From the NCBI GenBank assembly GCA_012295275.1, contig CM022667.1:4402001-4466000 (forward strand): a stretch of DNA of 64,000 nt, given 5' to 3'. The notes below the pieces were generated by a model, which was given only the letters and a program-made list of their open reading frames with translations, had not been told where the DNA came from and did not search any database. The number at the start of each line of letters is the position of its first letter. Position 1 is the stretch's first letter. Origin of the DNA: Chrysomallon squamiferum (lineage: Eukaryota > Animalia > Mollusca). Position numbers and translations under genes: made by a program. Below, one piece after another: positions 14,542-29,052 of this stretch.

Positions 14542-15916
14542 GTCAGAAAAATCCCATGTTAGACTACAAACTTGCTTTAAGGTGCCTTTTCACCAGTCTG
14601 GTCACACACCAATTATAAATAGAATAAAGAAGATTTAATCTTTTTTTTTACATGATTATAGCTTTAAGCCAAAAATGTTAAAAATACAAATAAACAGATC
14701 CAGAGAAATTACACAAAAAAAAAAAAAAATTACAAAAATTAAATTTACAATTACATGATTACATATACAATAATAATAACAACAACACTAATAATTCAAT
14801 CAAGCAAATTTAAATTTAGCTAACATGAATCTTTATAGTTGTTGTCGTTGTTGTTAACATTCATAAAATGATCCGATTAATCTTCGTTGCCAGAAAAGAT
14901 TTCTCATCAAAGTTTTTTTTATAAACAAAAAATATTTCTCTATAAAAAAAAAAAAAAAAGAGAAAAAAAATGTGTTTAAATAAATCAGAAGCTTAGAAAG
15001 TTCTTTATTCTTCATTTAAATCTGTGATAATTTCTCCCCTAAAAAATAAATGTAAAAATCTGTCACTACCAGCAGCTTTTAAAAGTTTTCTGAATTACGT
15101 AAAATTCGAAATATCTCTCTTTACATAAACATTTATTTCTACATAAAAACATTTTCCTATTAGTAGATATTTTTCTTACATTTTCGTGTTTCTGTATAAA
15201 AAATATTTCTCACATTTACATATGTAACTATTTATCATCATCATCATCATCATCATCATCATCTTTTCTTCATAATTATCACACTGCATGCATACTTGAT
15301 TATTAAAAATAGGTTCACTAATTCTTTTAAAATAAAACATTATGGCATTTTGAACAAACGAATGTTCCTTCCAGTTATTAAAACTCTAAAAACAGCTGTA
15401 ATGAACAAAGATAATCATTATCTCATTCTTTTAATAAGTAAAGTTTCTGATTCTGAAAGACAGATGACAAAAAAATAATAATAAACAATAAAAAATAAAA
15501 ATAAAAAAACTATAAAATTTTAATAATAGTATAATAATAATAATAATAATAATAATAACAGCAGTACTATTAGTAGTAATATAAAAATATTTGAAATAAA
15601 CAAATAAATAAATAATAATAATAAATATAATAATAACAGTAGTATAGTGGTAGCAGTAGTAGAACTATTAATAATAAAATAACAGTAATAAAATAATGAT
15701 GAGATAATAATAATAATAATAATAAATCTACAATCACAATGTCTTTCAACAGGAAGCCCTCTAAAATCTCTTTTTTTTTCTTCTGGTTTTTTTTTTTTTT
15801 TTCAAAAATATATTTCTTTAACAAAAAAAAAAAAATTGTAAAATCTTTCTAACATCACCTACACAACTACATTTTACATTTTCTTTTCTTCAAACCATCA
15901 ACGTAAAAACTCGTGG

Positions 15917-16382
15917 TCACATGACTTCCTGTTTGAAATGTTGTGACACGGGGGCCACTTTGTACTGTTCGGTCAAGCTGGACATGGACTGGGGGGAGGG
16001 GAGGGCGTTGTCCGACTGGCAGCCGATGTTCGTCTCACCGCACTGATTCACAATCAGCGACAACGGCTCACTGATGTCGAGATGCTGGGACATCGGACTC
16101 GACATATTCTGCTGCTGCTGCTGCTGTTGATGCTGTTGATGTTGATGCATCTTGTGGACTTGGTCAAGGTTTGACTTGGACGTGCTGGGGCTGGAGTTGC
16201 CTGGGTGGGTGGGGTCACGTGCATCGGCTCGGCTGGGTTTGTCATCTGAACGTTGTCGCTGGTCTGGGGGATTGAACCGAGCGCGTCGGGGAAGGAGGAG
16301 GGGCTGGATATGGATGGAGAGATGGAGCCTGACGACGTGGACATGTTGCTGTTGTTGGCTGCAGCAGCCTCTGTGTTTGCTC
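15917..16382 (-). CDS. HNF4: HNF4 last coding exon (F domain; Ser/Pro-rich, polyQ, ends KQEVM*); apparent 1-nt frameshift near 16203
   Basis: Acceptor cttcacag|GA at 16382 continues phase 1 as [18 protein letters not shown]. The polyQ and KQEVM* end (TGA 15917-15919) lie in a different frame. Confidence 0.85.
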
Positions 16383-19300
16383 CTGTGAAGAAAGGATTTT
16401 TTTTTTTTTAATTTAAATTTAAATTTCTAATATGCTAACAGACTGGATACACGTTTTAGGACTTGTGTGCTAAATATTAAAAAATCTACTGAAAATATTT
16501 CTTATATGACTCTTGAAAGCTTATCTGGTGAGAGTTTAGGGGTAATATGTCAAAATATCTTTTAACTGTGTTTTTATGCAGGTAGTAAAATTGTCCTATC
16601 TCAATCTTTTTCTATTTAGAAATGTAAATAATGGTTCAAGGAGGATAACTCAATACGGTACTTTTTATTTGGAGGAAACAAGAGTAAGATAGAAAAATGA
16701 AAAAAAAAATTGTATATTAATTTCAGAATATGAAATAAAATATTGCAATAAAATGGAGAAAATATAAAATAAAATAAAATATTAAAAAGATAAAAAGGGT
16801 ATCTACTGACCTCCCAGTAACATTTCCTGTAACAAGTTGTCTATTTTTGCCATTCCGAAGAGTTTAGCAAACTGAATTTGTTCTATCATCTGCCACGTGA
16901 TGCTCTGCAAGGCAGGCAGGAGTAGGAGGATCTCGCCGAAGCGCCCCCTGGTGTCATACTGTCTGTCGTTGATGTAGTCCTCCAGGTTTAAGTGAACCTG
17001 GTAACGAAATGCTTTTATCTTCTGCATGTCGCTGAGTCCTCTGGCATCTGTGAAATATTCACACTCGTTTTGATAGAGAGAAAAAATATGTGTATGTGCA
17101 TGTATGTATGCATACAAACACATACAGATAGACAGACAGACAAAGACAGACAGACAGACAGGCAGACACAGAGAGAGACAGACAGACAGACAGACAGAGA
17201 CAGAGAGATGGAGAGAGAGAGAGACGGAAAAAAAAAATGGAAACAAAAAGAATGTGCAAGAAAAGCAGAACATAAGAGAATGAAAGAGAAAAAAAATAAC
17301 GTGAGATCAATGTAACAGTATTATTGTGACATGACAGCATCTCAGGTATTATTAGTTAATTAATTAATTGCTCACCTGGATCAAAAAAGACGATTGCCTT
17401 CAAACAGGCGAACTCTGAGTCGTCTATCTGCACCTCTCTCAGCGGCCGCACCAGCTCGTCGAGAATCCTACAGGACACCCGTCCTATATCCATGTCAGAC
17501 GTGTTCCGAGGAATGAGGGCGTCGTTGCCTAGCAACAGGATATCAGTGAGCGACAGCGAGCGGTGAGCCACTCCGAGTACCAGATGCTCACCAGCGTGAG
17601 CACGAAGGAGAGCAACCTGAAAACAAGAGAAGATAACTGTGATATTTTTTGCTGAAGAGAGATAACTCTTTTGTAACTTTACCCCCGAATTTTCTTTTTA
17701 AAACAGAAATAATAAAAACAAGAAAAAAAATATTTTTTATGTTTATTGTTCTTTTCTTCTTTATTTTTCTATTGTTATTATTTTTATTTTTTTTAATGAT
17801 AAAATTATAAAGCTAAAACTACATGGTAAGTACTGACCTGGTCGTCCAGGGGAAGCTCACAGAAACATGGGATGTATTTTGCCCACTCTACAAGTATGAG
17901 TAGCTGCTGTTTCATCGACTCACAGACATCGTCAACCTCGGCCACCTTCTTGTTTGTCAGGTCGGCTATAGTCATCGGGTTCGGAACCTGAATTAAAAAA
18001 AAATAAAAAAAAAAATGAATTAAAAGTACAAATTTTCAATAAAATGCTTGATAAATGGTTCTTTTAGTGACACAGAAACTTAAATCAACATAACATAATG
18101 ACAACAAAACAAGATTAAATATGTAACTCAAAAAATAATGATATGTAACAACAATTGATGTGTTATGGGTTCAATGTGTTCAGGTAATGATAATAATAAT
18201 GTGTTGAAGTGTGAAATGAATCTGTGGTATGTTGAGGTGTTGATGTTTTGATGTGATGATGTGGTAGTTGTTGTTTACCTGTCTAGACAAGATCTCTGCG
18301 TTGAGCAAGGTGCTCACAGACAGGCTGCCATTTTGAGCGACGTCTTCGTAACTTGTCCTCCTCACACTGATACGATCTCGCTCATTCTGTACTGCTGTAA
18401 AATAACAACTCACAGTTAGCTACTCACACTTAGTGCTCACACTTAGTACTCACACTGATACGATCTCGCTCATTCTGTACTGCTGTAAAATAACAACTCA
18501 CAGTTAGCTACTCACACTTAGTGCTCACACTGAGTACTCACACTGATACGATCTCGCTCATTCTGTACTGCTGTAAAATAACAACTCACAGTTAGCTACT
18601 CACACTTAGTACTCACACTGATACGATCTCGCTCATTCTGTACTGCTGTAAAATAACAACTTACAGTTAGCTACTCACAGTTAGCTACTCACACTTAGTG
18701 CTCACACTGATACGATCTCGCTCATTCTGTACTGCTGTAAAATAACAACTCACAGTTAGCTACTCACACTGAGTACTCACACTGATACGATCTCGCTCAT
18801 TCTGTACTGCTGTAAAATAACAACTCACAGTTAGCTACTCACACTTAGTGCTCACACTGAGTACTCACACTGATACGATCTCGCTCATTCTGTACTGCTG
18901 TAAAATAACAACTCACAGTTAGCTACTCACACTTAGTGCTCACACTGATACGATCTCGCTCATTCTGTACTGCTGTAAAATAACAACTCACAGTTAGCTA
19001 CTCACACTGAGTACTCACACTGATACGATCTCGCTCATTCTGTACTGCTGTAAAATAACAACTCACAGTTAGCTACTCACACTTAGTACTCACACTGATA
19101 CGATCTCGCTCATTCTGATACGATCTCGTAAATTAACAACTGCTGTAAAATAACAACTCACAGTTAGCTACTCACACTGATACGATCTCGCTCATTCTGT
19201 ACTGCTGTAAAATAACAACTCACAGTTAGCTACTCACACTTAGTGCTCACACTGAGTACTCACACTGATACGATCTCGCTCATTCTGTACTGCTGTAAAA

Positions 19301-20902
19301 TAACAACTCAGTTAGCTACTCACACTTAGTGCTCACACTGATACGATCTCGCTCATTCTGTACTGCTGTAAAATAACAACTCACAGTTAGCTACTCACAC
19401 TGAGTACTCACACTGATACGATCTCGCTCATTCTGTACTGCTGTAAAATAACAACTCACAGCTACTCACACTGATACGATCTCGCTCATTCTGTACTGCT
19501 GTAAAATAACTCACAGTTAGCTACTCACACTTAGTGCTCACACTGATACGATCTCGCTCATTCTGTACTGCTGTAAAATAACAACTCACAGTTAGCTACT
19601 CACACTGATACGATCTCGCTCATTCTGTACTGCTGTAAAATAACAACTCACAGTTAGCTACTCACAGTTAGCTACTCACACTGATACGATCTCGCTCATT
19701 CTGTACTGCTGTAAAATAACAACTCACAGTTAGCTACTCACACTTAGTGCTCACACTGATACGATCTCGCTCATTCTGTACTGCTGTAAAATAACAACTC
19801 ACAGTTAGCTACTCACACTTAGTGCTCACACTGATACGATCTCGCTCATTCTGTACTGCTGTAAAATAACAACTCACAGTTAGCTACTCACACTGATCAC
19901 ACTGATCGATCTCGCTCATTCTGTACTGCTGTAAAATAACAACTCACAGTTAGCTACTAACTTAGTACTCACACTGATACGACTCTAGCTCACAGTTAAT
20001 ATAAAACAACTCAGTCAACTACTCACAGTTAACAATTCACAGTTAATTGTAACAACTCATGCTTAATGTAACTACTCACAGTTAATTGTAACTACCCAGT
20101 TAATGTAACAACTCACATAAAACAATCGAGTTAACATAACTAATATGACAACTGTTAAAAATTTCAGTTACAAGAAATCAGTTTGAATAAACCTGTCAAT
20201 ATTAACTCTCACTTTTAACACAAAACCCTCACTATCAACTTTACAAACTTTTACTTCTTTTTTTTTTTTAAATAAAACTTCAAAACACATTTTTATTAGG
20301 GTCTATTTCATTAGCAGCATCTTTTTTTTTTTTTTTTTTTTCATCAATAAATCCACTTCAACCACAACAACAACACACAACAAACAAAATACTTTCTGAC
20401 TTTCACAAGAAGACGACACTGTTTTTAAAAAAACAACAACCACCACAACCACAACCACAACACTGCTACAAAGCACAATCTCTTACCTTCTTTCTTCATT
20501 CCTGCTCGGAAGCACTTCTTCAGTCTGCAGTAGCGACACTGGTTCCTCTTGTCCTTGTCCACGATGCAGTTCCTGTTGAACCTGCACGTGTAGATGTGAT
20601 TCTTCCTGACGCTGCGACGGAAGAAGCCCTTGCAACCGTCGCAGCTCGCCGCGCCGTAGTGCTTGCCGGTGGCGCGGTCCCCGCATATTGCACAGAACTG
20701 ACTGAGGATGTCGCCCGTGGGTGACGGCAGGCTCGGAGTCGCGTTCCCGATTGTCTGCACATTCAGAGGGTCAGGCTCTGAAAGTATAGAAATAAAATAA
20801 AATAAAATATTAGAATTAGAAACATGAAGGACTTGTAACTGAGATTGTTGAAAGAGCAAGGATGTAAGGGAGGTGATTGAAGTTTTTAAAGTAAGATGAT
20901 GG

Positions 20903-20934
<32 letters not shown>

Positions 20935-21012
20935 GTGATGATAAGAATAATAATAATAGCAAGAAGAATAACAATAATAATAAGAAGAAGAACAATAACA
21001 ATAATGATAATA

Positions 21013-21067
<55 letters not shown>

Positions 21068-22312
21068 TAATTATAACAAAATAAAATTCTGTGCCTAAAA
21101 CAATAAGAAGAAGAAGAAGAAGAAGCAGCAGTAGAACAAGAGGAATGAAATAAAGAAGATTAAAATAAACACAAAAGAAATGATAAGAGAATCTCAAGAC
21201 ATTTATTTTCTGTTTTAAAATTTGAAAACTGTTTGTATTTCTTCTTAAAGCAGGATTGTGGAAATGAAAGGGCTGTTATCTGTCAAGAGGGGACTGCAGG
21301 GGACTACAGGGGACTCTGAGGACTACAGATGAGTGATTTTTTATCACCAGTTTTGAGAGTTTTTCAAAAACGATGATGAGATATCATTCAGTCCTTGTTG
21401 TAACAAGACAGAACTCCAAACAACAAACACTTGTACAGACGCGAATCTGACTATCAGCAACTCAATCACACTCGAGTTGTGATTATCACTGAATTCTGTG
21501 ATTCATAATCGAAATCAAAGGTGTGAAGAGGTGATCTTCGTCTTGATTGTAGCAAAATGTCGACAGGTTCATCTAGTGTACTGTTAAAGGTCGCAAACAT
21601 GACGTTTTTCATTAAAGATGTTTTATTACTGTCAAAAATATAAATTATCTCTTTTTTTTCTATTGTATTTCTATAGTGAAAAGTTCAGCTTAAATGATGT
21701 AAATAAATTAAATAAGTTTTTTATTATTATTGTTATTAATAATATAAAAAAAAAAAAAATATTTTTAAAATTTACATATTTTCAAAGATGTGACTATGTA
21801 ATTTAAATAATAATTTTTATATGATGCATTTTGAATGAAAAAAAAAATTATGATAATTTCCCTCATATACATGATATTATACACAATACAGTTTACAACA
21901 TTTTAGAACTACCAAAACATTAACAAACACTAACATTTCATCTCGGTAACTATTAACAACATAAAGTGTTAAAAAACAGAAATTTCTGAAACTGAGTAAA
22001 ATACTGAGTCTTTATACAAACTCTCAAATATCAAGAAAACACAGTTAATCCAACTCTGCAAACAAAACCAAGAAATGGATATTAGCAGTTCCGAGAAGAA
22101 TTTTACTAAACAGATTTTTGAATAAAATAAGTGTGGGATGAGATTATGAAAAGTTAATATAAAAAATAAACAGGCAAAAAAATAACAGTGTTGAGAAAAA
22201 AAAAAATTTTTTTATAAGACAGGAAGTGAGAGATATCTGATCTAGATAGAGCTTTTACTCAAATCTTTCCCATGAATGACAAACACATAAACAAAATAAA
22301 ATATATAAAATA

Positions 22313-22361
<49 letters not shown>

Positions 22362-22864
22362 CAAATCACAGATTATTATTATTAGACTACATTTAACTCA
22401 ATATTCACATTTAAGTAATTTAAGTTTTTCTTTTTTATTTTTTGTTTCTTCATCTTTAAAAATAAACCCTTAAGCAAATTCTAATTTCCTATATAAACTT
22501 ATTGCAGTAAAAAAGATAAAAAAGATTTTTTTTTTTTTTTAAAAACAACAAAACTAGCTACTTTGAAAGAAAAGAACCTTGCTTCATTAAACAAATAAAA
22601 AATAGTAAAAATAAAATATCTTCTGACAGAAAATAAATAAATATACTCTATGACCTATTTTTAACATAATTATTCAATATATGTTAATACAAAATAATCA
22701 TTATTATTAGTTTTGGCTGCTGTAGAGGTAAAAGTGACAGTGATGCTAATAATAGCAGTTGTAATATTGACAGCTATAACATACAATGTCAAATGATTAA
22801 AATTATATATATATATATATAGATAGATAGATAGATAGATAGATATAGATATAGATACAGATAT

Positions 22865-22898
<34 letters not shown>

Positions 22899-23832
22899 AT
22901 ATATATATATAAACAATATGTTCAAGTGGCATTCTTAAAAACCTAAATTCAACTTTTTGTTATTAAATTTAAACAAATACACAATTTAAAAAGACATATT
23001 TAAAAAAGAAGAATATATGTAAGTATAAATATGTATATATATATTTTTAAAAACCCACACAATTTTTCATTTCAAACTCACCCCACTCTGCCCACTGCAT
23101 GAGACTGTAGATGATGGAATCATATCCGACATACATGTCTTCCAACATTCTTTTGTTTTTATTTTTTTTTTTTTTTTATTTAATGACCTCTCCTCACTAA
23201 CGAGAAACAAGCAGACTACAGCCAGCCTCAGTCTGGATTCTCATATATAGCCCCCTCTACAGTCTTGGACAGGATTAACTCACCGGAACAATTGTTAGTG
23301 AGTGTGAGGTAAGAGGAATTAGTCCCAGAGAGTTCTGATAGCAAGGGAGATAACTATGTGTGAAGAGTGAGATTCAATGACTGTGAATTAATGATTATTA
23401 TCCAATCGGAAGCTTTGTTACATAATGTAAGGGAAAAAAAAAAAAACACAACTAATATGCATTTAATTTAAATTATGAAAAAAATTAGAATTTTTTAAAT
23501 TCTTTTTATTATTATTTTAAAACTTTTTAAAACTGATCTAATTCAAGTCATTTCATGTTCCAAATATTAAATAATGTTTGAGGTATGAGCTACCCTGTTT
23601 GTTTGAATAGTGGTAAGAAAGAAATGTGTTCAGTAGTGTACAAGGATTGCATTTTATACAGAAAAAACAAAACTAAATAAAAATAAATAAATAGTGTAAA
23701 TGTCCACTCTATTCCTAACCACAAAAACATAAAAAAATATAAAAAAAAAAAATAATCAAAAAATAGAAATGAATAAAAAAACAAATGTGTTTTGTATCTC
23801 TCTGTAAATCTGAAAATGTTTTGTATGTTTGA

Positions 23833-23872
<40 letters not shown>

Positions 23873-24036
23873 ATATGCATGTATGCATAAGGTTATATAT
23901 ACTTATATTTGAATAACTATATTAATATTTTCTTCAACTGCTCTATTCTAATGACTGCTACTACTACATCTACTATCATTACTACCACTACCACCACTGC
24001 TTCTAGTACCACCATCACTATTATCATTATTATCAC

Positions 24037-24082
<46 letters not shown>

Positions 24083-24092
24083 TTTATTTTTA

Positions 24093-24140
<48 letters not shown>

Positions 24141-25042
24141 TATTATTATTATTATTATTATTACTTTCTGCTGATCTGCTGAATAATTACATAAATGATT
24201 AAAAACTGATGAACGGACAAAGACAGATTTAATCCATATTACTCAACAGTGGTTACAACATCATCCACGTCTAATCCGTCATAACATCAACAACAACATC
24301 ATGCTTTCCTCAACCCTTTTCTTTTGATCCTGTTCCTTACTTATCAAGAAATTACAAAATGTGAATGTTTTGTTTTTTTTACAAAAATAAAATAAATTCT
24401 GCATCTTCATCAAATTTTACTAGGTTGATTTTTAGTTAAGTTTTAATTTAAAACAAAATAAATAATTAATATTAATGATATTTGAAAATATTTCTGTTAA
24501 ATAAAAAAGAAACCAAAAAAAGTATAATGAAATACCAGTATTATAAGAAAGAAAAAAAAAAAAATAGATCAACCAACTACACTTTTTAAAATTGTTTTTT
24601 TCCATCCTTATGTCTGATATTTGTCAAAATAATTAAAATATTTAAAATTCTTAATTAATGATAAAGTAGAAATTTTAACAAATTTTCAATTTTTTTTTTT
24701 TTTTTTTTCAGTAAATGGAAATAAATATTAATTACTACTTTTAAAATTAAAATCACAAAAAACAAAAAAGGAAATAAAAAAAAAATTATTCTTAATGAAA
24801 ATTATTTTAATAAATTAAACAGCATCAAAATATAAACACATAAATAATGATAACTGCAGTAATAATAATAATAATAAAAATAATAATAATAAAAATAATT
24901 AAAAGTAGCTAAAATAACAGTAGTAATAATAATAATCATCATCATCTTCTTACAATTATTATTATTATTTTCTTCTTCTTATTATTATAACTACTACTAT
25001 TACTACTATTATTATTAGTAGTAGTAGTAGTAGTTGTAGTAA

Positions 25043-25081
<39 letters not shown>

Positions 25082-27681
25082 CAGCAGCAGTAGCAGCAGT
25101 AGTAACACAATGAAATATGTAAAGGTATCACAGACATGACTGCTACGAAGGTGACATTAATTAACGGACAAGGTAGACACCAGTTCAACGTCCATCAGCA
25201 CACCTTTGCCCTGAAACAAAGTGCAACATTTACCTTTAACGATATAAAAAGCACCCACCGATCTCATCGTACTCATACATCATCCCCGACGCAGCAGCAG
25301 CAGCAGCAACAACGTGGAACTGCGGGTACAACTTCGCCGCGAAGCCAACGTTCATGTTTCACTCGGCATCGAAATTTCGAAACGAAAACAAAAAGTTTTA
25401 CGTAAAACCTCGAATTGAAAAACTGCCGTGGCGAAAGACAATGGTTGCCGTTGGCGACGCTGCCCCACCCCCCTCTCAATCAAAATTTATCAAGTGGCAT
25501 TTGACGTAGATTAGGTGTGTTTGCTCTGCTTCTGTATCTGAGAAAGACTTGTGACAATGGCTTGTCAGGACTTGATAACTTGTAGCCTGACAAGATGGAA
25601 AGTAGAGATTGTGTGATTGTCCTTCTTTTTTTTTTTTTTAAAGAGGGGTGAGAATTTAAATTAAATTAAATTAAAAAAAAAAATTAAAACAATTAAAAGG
25701 TGGAAGTGAGGCTAGAAACAAAGGAAGAAGTCGGGTCATGAAGCGACAGTGAAAATTAGAAAAGTTGATGGCAAAACATGAACAGGTTTTATTTGAGAAG
25801 TTATTACGCGTCTGTATGTTTGTCAGTCCTTTGCCAAATCTGTTCCAGAAGTTGATAAAGTTTTAAGTTAATTTTCAAGAGAAATGAATTGGATGTTTTT
25901 CTTGATGATGTCAGTGATGATGATGATAATATGGTGATGATTGATGATGATGATAATATGGTGATGATTATAACGATGATGAAAATAATAATAATAATGA
26001 CAATGACCATAAGAAGAAAGATAAAATGTTTTTTTTTTTTTTGCATTTCATTTCTCTTTTCTTTCTATCCTTTTCTTTTATAAAATAGAAAGATAAAAGA
26101 CAGAAAATTTCTTTTATATTTTTTTTTTTATCAGATAAATAAAATAAAGATGTTAAAAGGTGACAGAAAGAAAAGAAATAGGTTGAGTTACTGAATAAAA
26201 AAAATGTGAAAGCTTTATCTACTTAAAGTGAAGTATTTTAGGAAAATGATATCAGATGATGAGAATGAAGAAGAGTCTGATAAAAACCTGAACTGAACAA
26301 TAAACTGTATCAGATAAAAACAACAATCAAAGTGACCAACTCTCCCCCCTCCCATTATACAACAGATGAAGAAAAAGAGGTTTGATATTTCAGATATAAA
26401 ATAAAGATTTAAAACAAATAAATAAATAAATAAATAAAATAAAATAAAATAAAATAAAAAAAAAAAAAATTAAAAAATGAAAAGAAAATGAAAGAAATAA
26501 AAATAAAAATATTTGACTCAAAAATTCTAATTAATTTTCTAAAATGATTGAAAAACTAATGATCCACAGACAAAGATAATTATTAGTGACATTAATTATA
26601 TAACAGACTCTTTATACAGACTAAAAATGTATGACACACATTGGGTGAAAGGTGAACAAAATGTCATATATAAATCCATGTCCATTTAATATAATCATCT
26701 TTAACATTCAATTCATGAGACTTTAATACAGCTCATCAACAAAATGGAGGATCGAATAATAAATTAATTTAATTTAATTAAACAAAAATGTAATTGTTTT
26801 TTTATGATGAGCAAAAGTGTTTGGACCACATTAGTGTTACTTTTATTGGATGCTGGTATTGACATTACGAGTAAAAAAACAAAGAAGGATGCTGGTATGA
26901 CAGCACATACTACGTGTTACACACAAACACCTCATTATTTATCTGAACAAAAAGTAAGCTATTTATCTGAACAATAAATTAATTATTTATCTAAACAAAA
27001 AGTAACTTATTTGTCTAAACAAAAAGCTATTTATCTAAACAGAAAATAAATTATTTATCTAAACTGAAAGTAAATTATTCATCTAATCAAAAATCAAGTG
27101 ATTTACAAGAACCGGGTAAAGAAGACGAGTCTGAACAGAGAGAAGAAGTGACAGTACGGAGTTATCTTTCAACAAGCGTGTGATACAGAGATAACCAAAC
27201 ACTATCGGATACATCACTTATTAAACACCTAAATCCCCAAACAATGGCAGAACCGCCCATGTATCCAGTTTCACATAATCGCCGCTAATCTGCTTTATTC
27301 CGCAGCATCGTGTCAGGCACGTGGTTGTTGTTGTCATTGTTGTTGTTGCTGTTCAGACATGTAGCGTTTTTGTATTGTTTTTGTTACTGTTTATTGTAAT
27401 TCAATAACAAATTCAAGTTTAGGTTAATGATGAGTTTGCTGTTGTAGTCACAGATCTCTGGTTGTTACTAATCTTTGAATGGTAAATTTGATAGGGGATC
27501 AAAAATATCAAGTTTAAGTCATGCGAAAGAAAACGAAATCTGTAAAATGATTATTTCAGTTTTTTTTTTTTTTCTTTTAATAGCATTCTTCTTTATTTTG
27601 TATAACATCTGACAAACAGAAATTTGAAATTTTCAGTCTTTCTCAAATCTAAAATATCAAATTAAGCTTTTATTTGTTTGT

Positions 27682-27732
<51 letters not shown>

Positions 27733-27830
27733 TTAAGTGATTGAAAAGGCATTCCTTGAAAAAGGTCTCTTTTGAGGTTAAAAGTTTTGAAACTTTCAGT
27801 TACTAACATATATGTGTGTGTGTGTGTGTT

Positions 27831-27899
<69 letters not shown>

Positions 27900-28973
27900 T
27901 AAATTATGTACATTAATTTGTCATTTTAAATTTATCTCATATGAATAATAAATATATCTGTATATCTGAACATGCACCTTTAAAACAAATATGCTAACTA
28001 CCTTAATAGATAATTAATACAGGTAAATAGGATAAGTACAGGTAAGATATTTATCGTTTATAAGAGATAAAGTATGATATGGTATTTACAAATCTTCAAA
28101 GCTGATAAACATTTACAGATAGGAAGTTCAAAGTCTAATTACATCTTAATAACAATGAGTTGGGAGCCAGGCTATAGGCCACTCAGCTCCTTTAATTGTT
28201 AGAGTTATCTCCCTTTGTGCAGGGCTCTTCAAATAGAGGACTACAGATATGAACTGAAGCTTAAGACAAATCCATAACAATTTCTAACCAATCTTAAAAA
28301 ATGAAATAAATAAACAATTAATTTAAAGTAGAAATCTGTTAACAGTAATTAAGTGAAAAATAAATTTAAGTAAATATATTAGAGAAAAAATAAATTAGTA
28401 ACAATCTTAGTAATAGGTCAAATATTTGATTTGCAATATCCAACAGAAAAACCCCAAAATTTCAGTAATGTAACTGAACAAAACAAACCTTAGAAACAAT
28501 GTTTTTAAAAAAAAAAAAAAACAAGAAACATTAAGAAAAATATCTTATTTACCTTGTCACTGTAACAACTAATTCCTTTTTTTCTCAAAACAGTAAGCTG
28601 GTTTAATATCCACAGAGATCATTATTTTGTGAAGTGAAAAGAATCCTTGCTGCTAAACTCTACACACTGAATCACAGATTTACTAAAAGCATCCTAGTTG
28701 CTTATGTTAAATAACCACAATAATGCATGGCTGTCTTTTTTCTTTTTTTTAACACACAGTAAGAGGCAGATGTGTTAAATTATATAAAATTTCTGAGTTA
28801 AAAACATTCATTACTCTTTTAACCCCTTACATGTATTTGACAGGTAAATGAAAGTTTTAACTCTTTACATCCCATCAACTACTGTCACAGACTTTGTAAT
28901 AGAACTCATAAAATACAAGCACCCTAGATGACTATATTTATACATACAAATATACATATAATATATATATATA

Positions 28974-29052
<79 letters not shown>

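Noticed and set aside
16152-16388. Plus-strand ORFs antisense to HNF4 exons (also 36488-36983) and off-frame ORFs at 20483-20762
   Set aside because: Shadows of GC-rich coding exons.
18361-19990. CRISPR-like array (constant 48-bp core with variable-length linkers)
   Set aside because: Linkers are combinations of the same 13-14-bp subunits rather than unique spacers; eukaryotic intron, no cas genes; the core is HNF4 exon/intron sequence.
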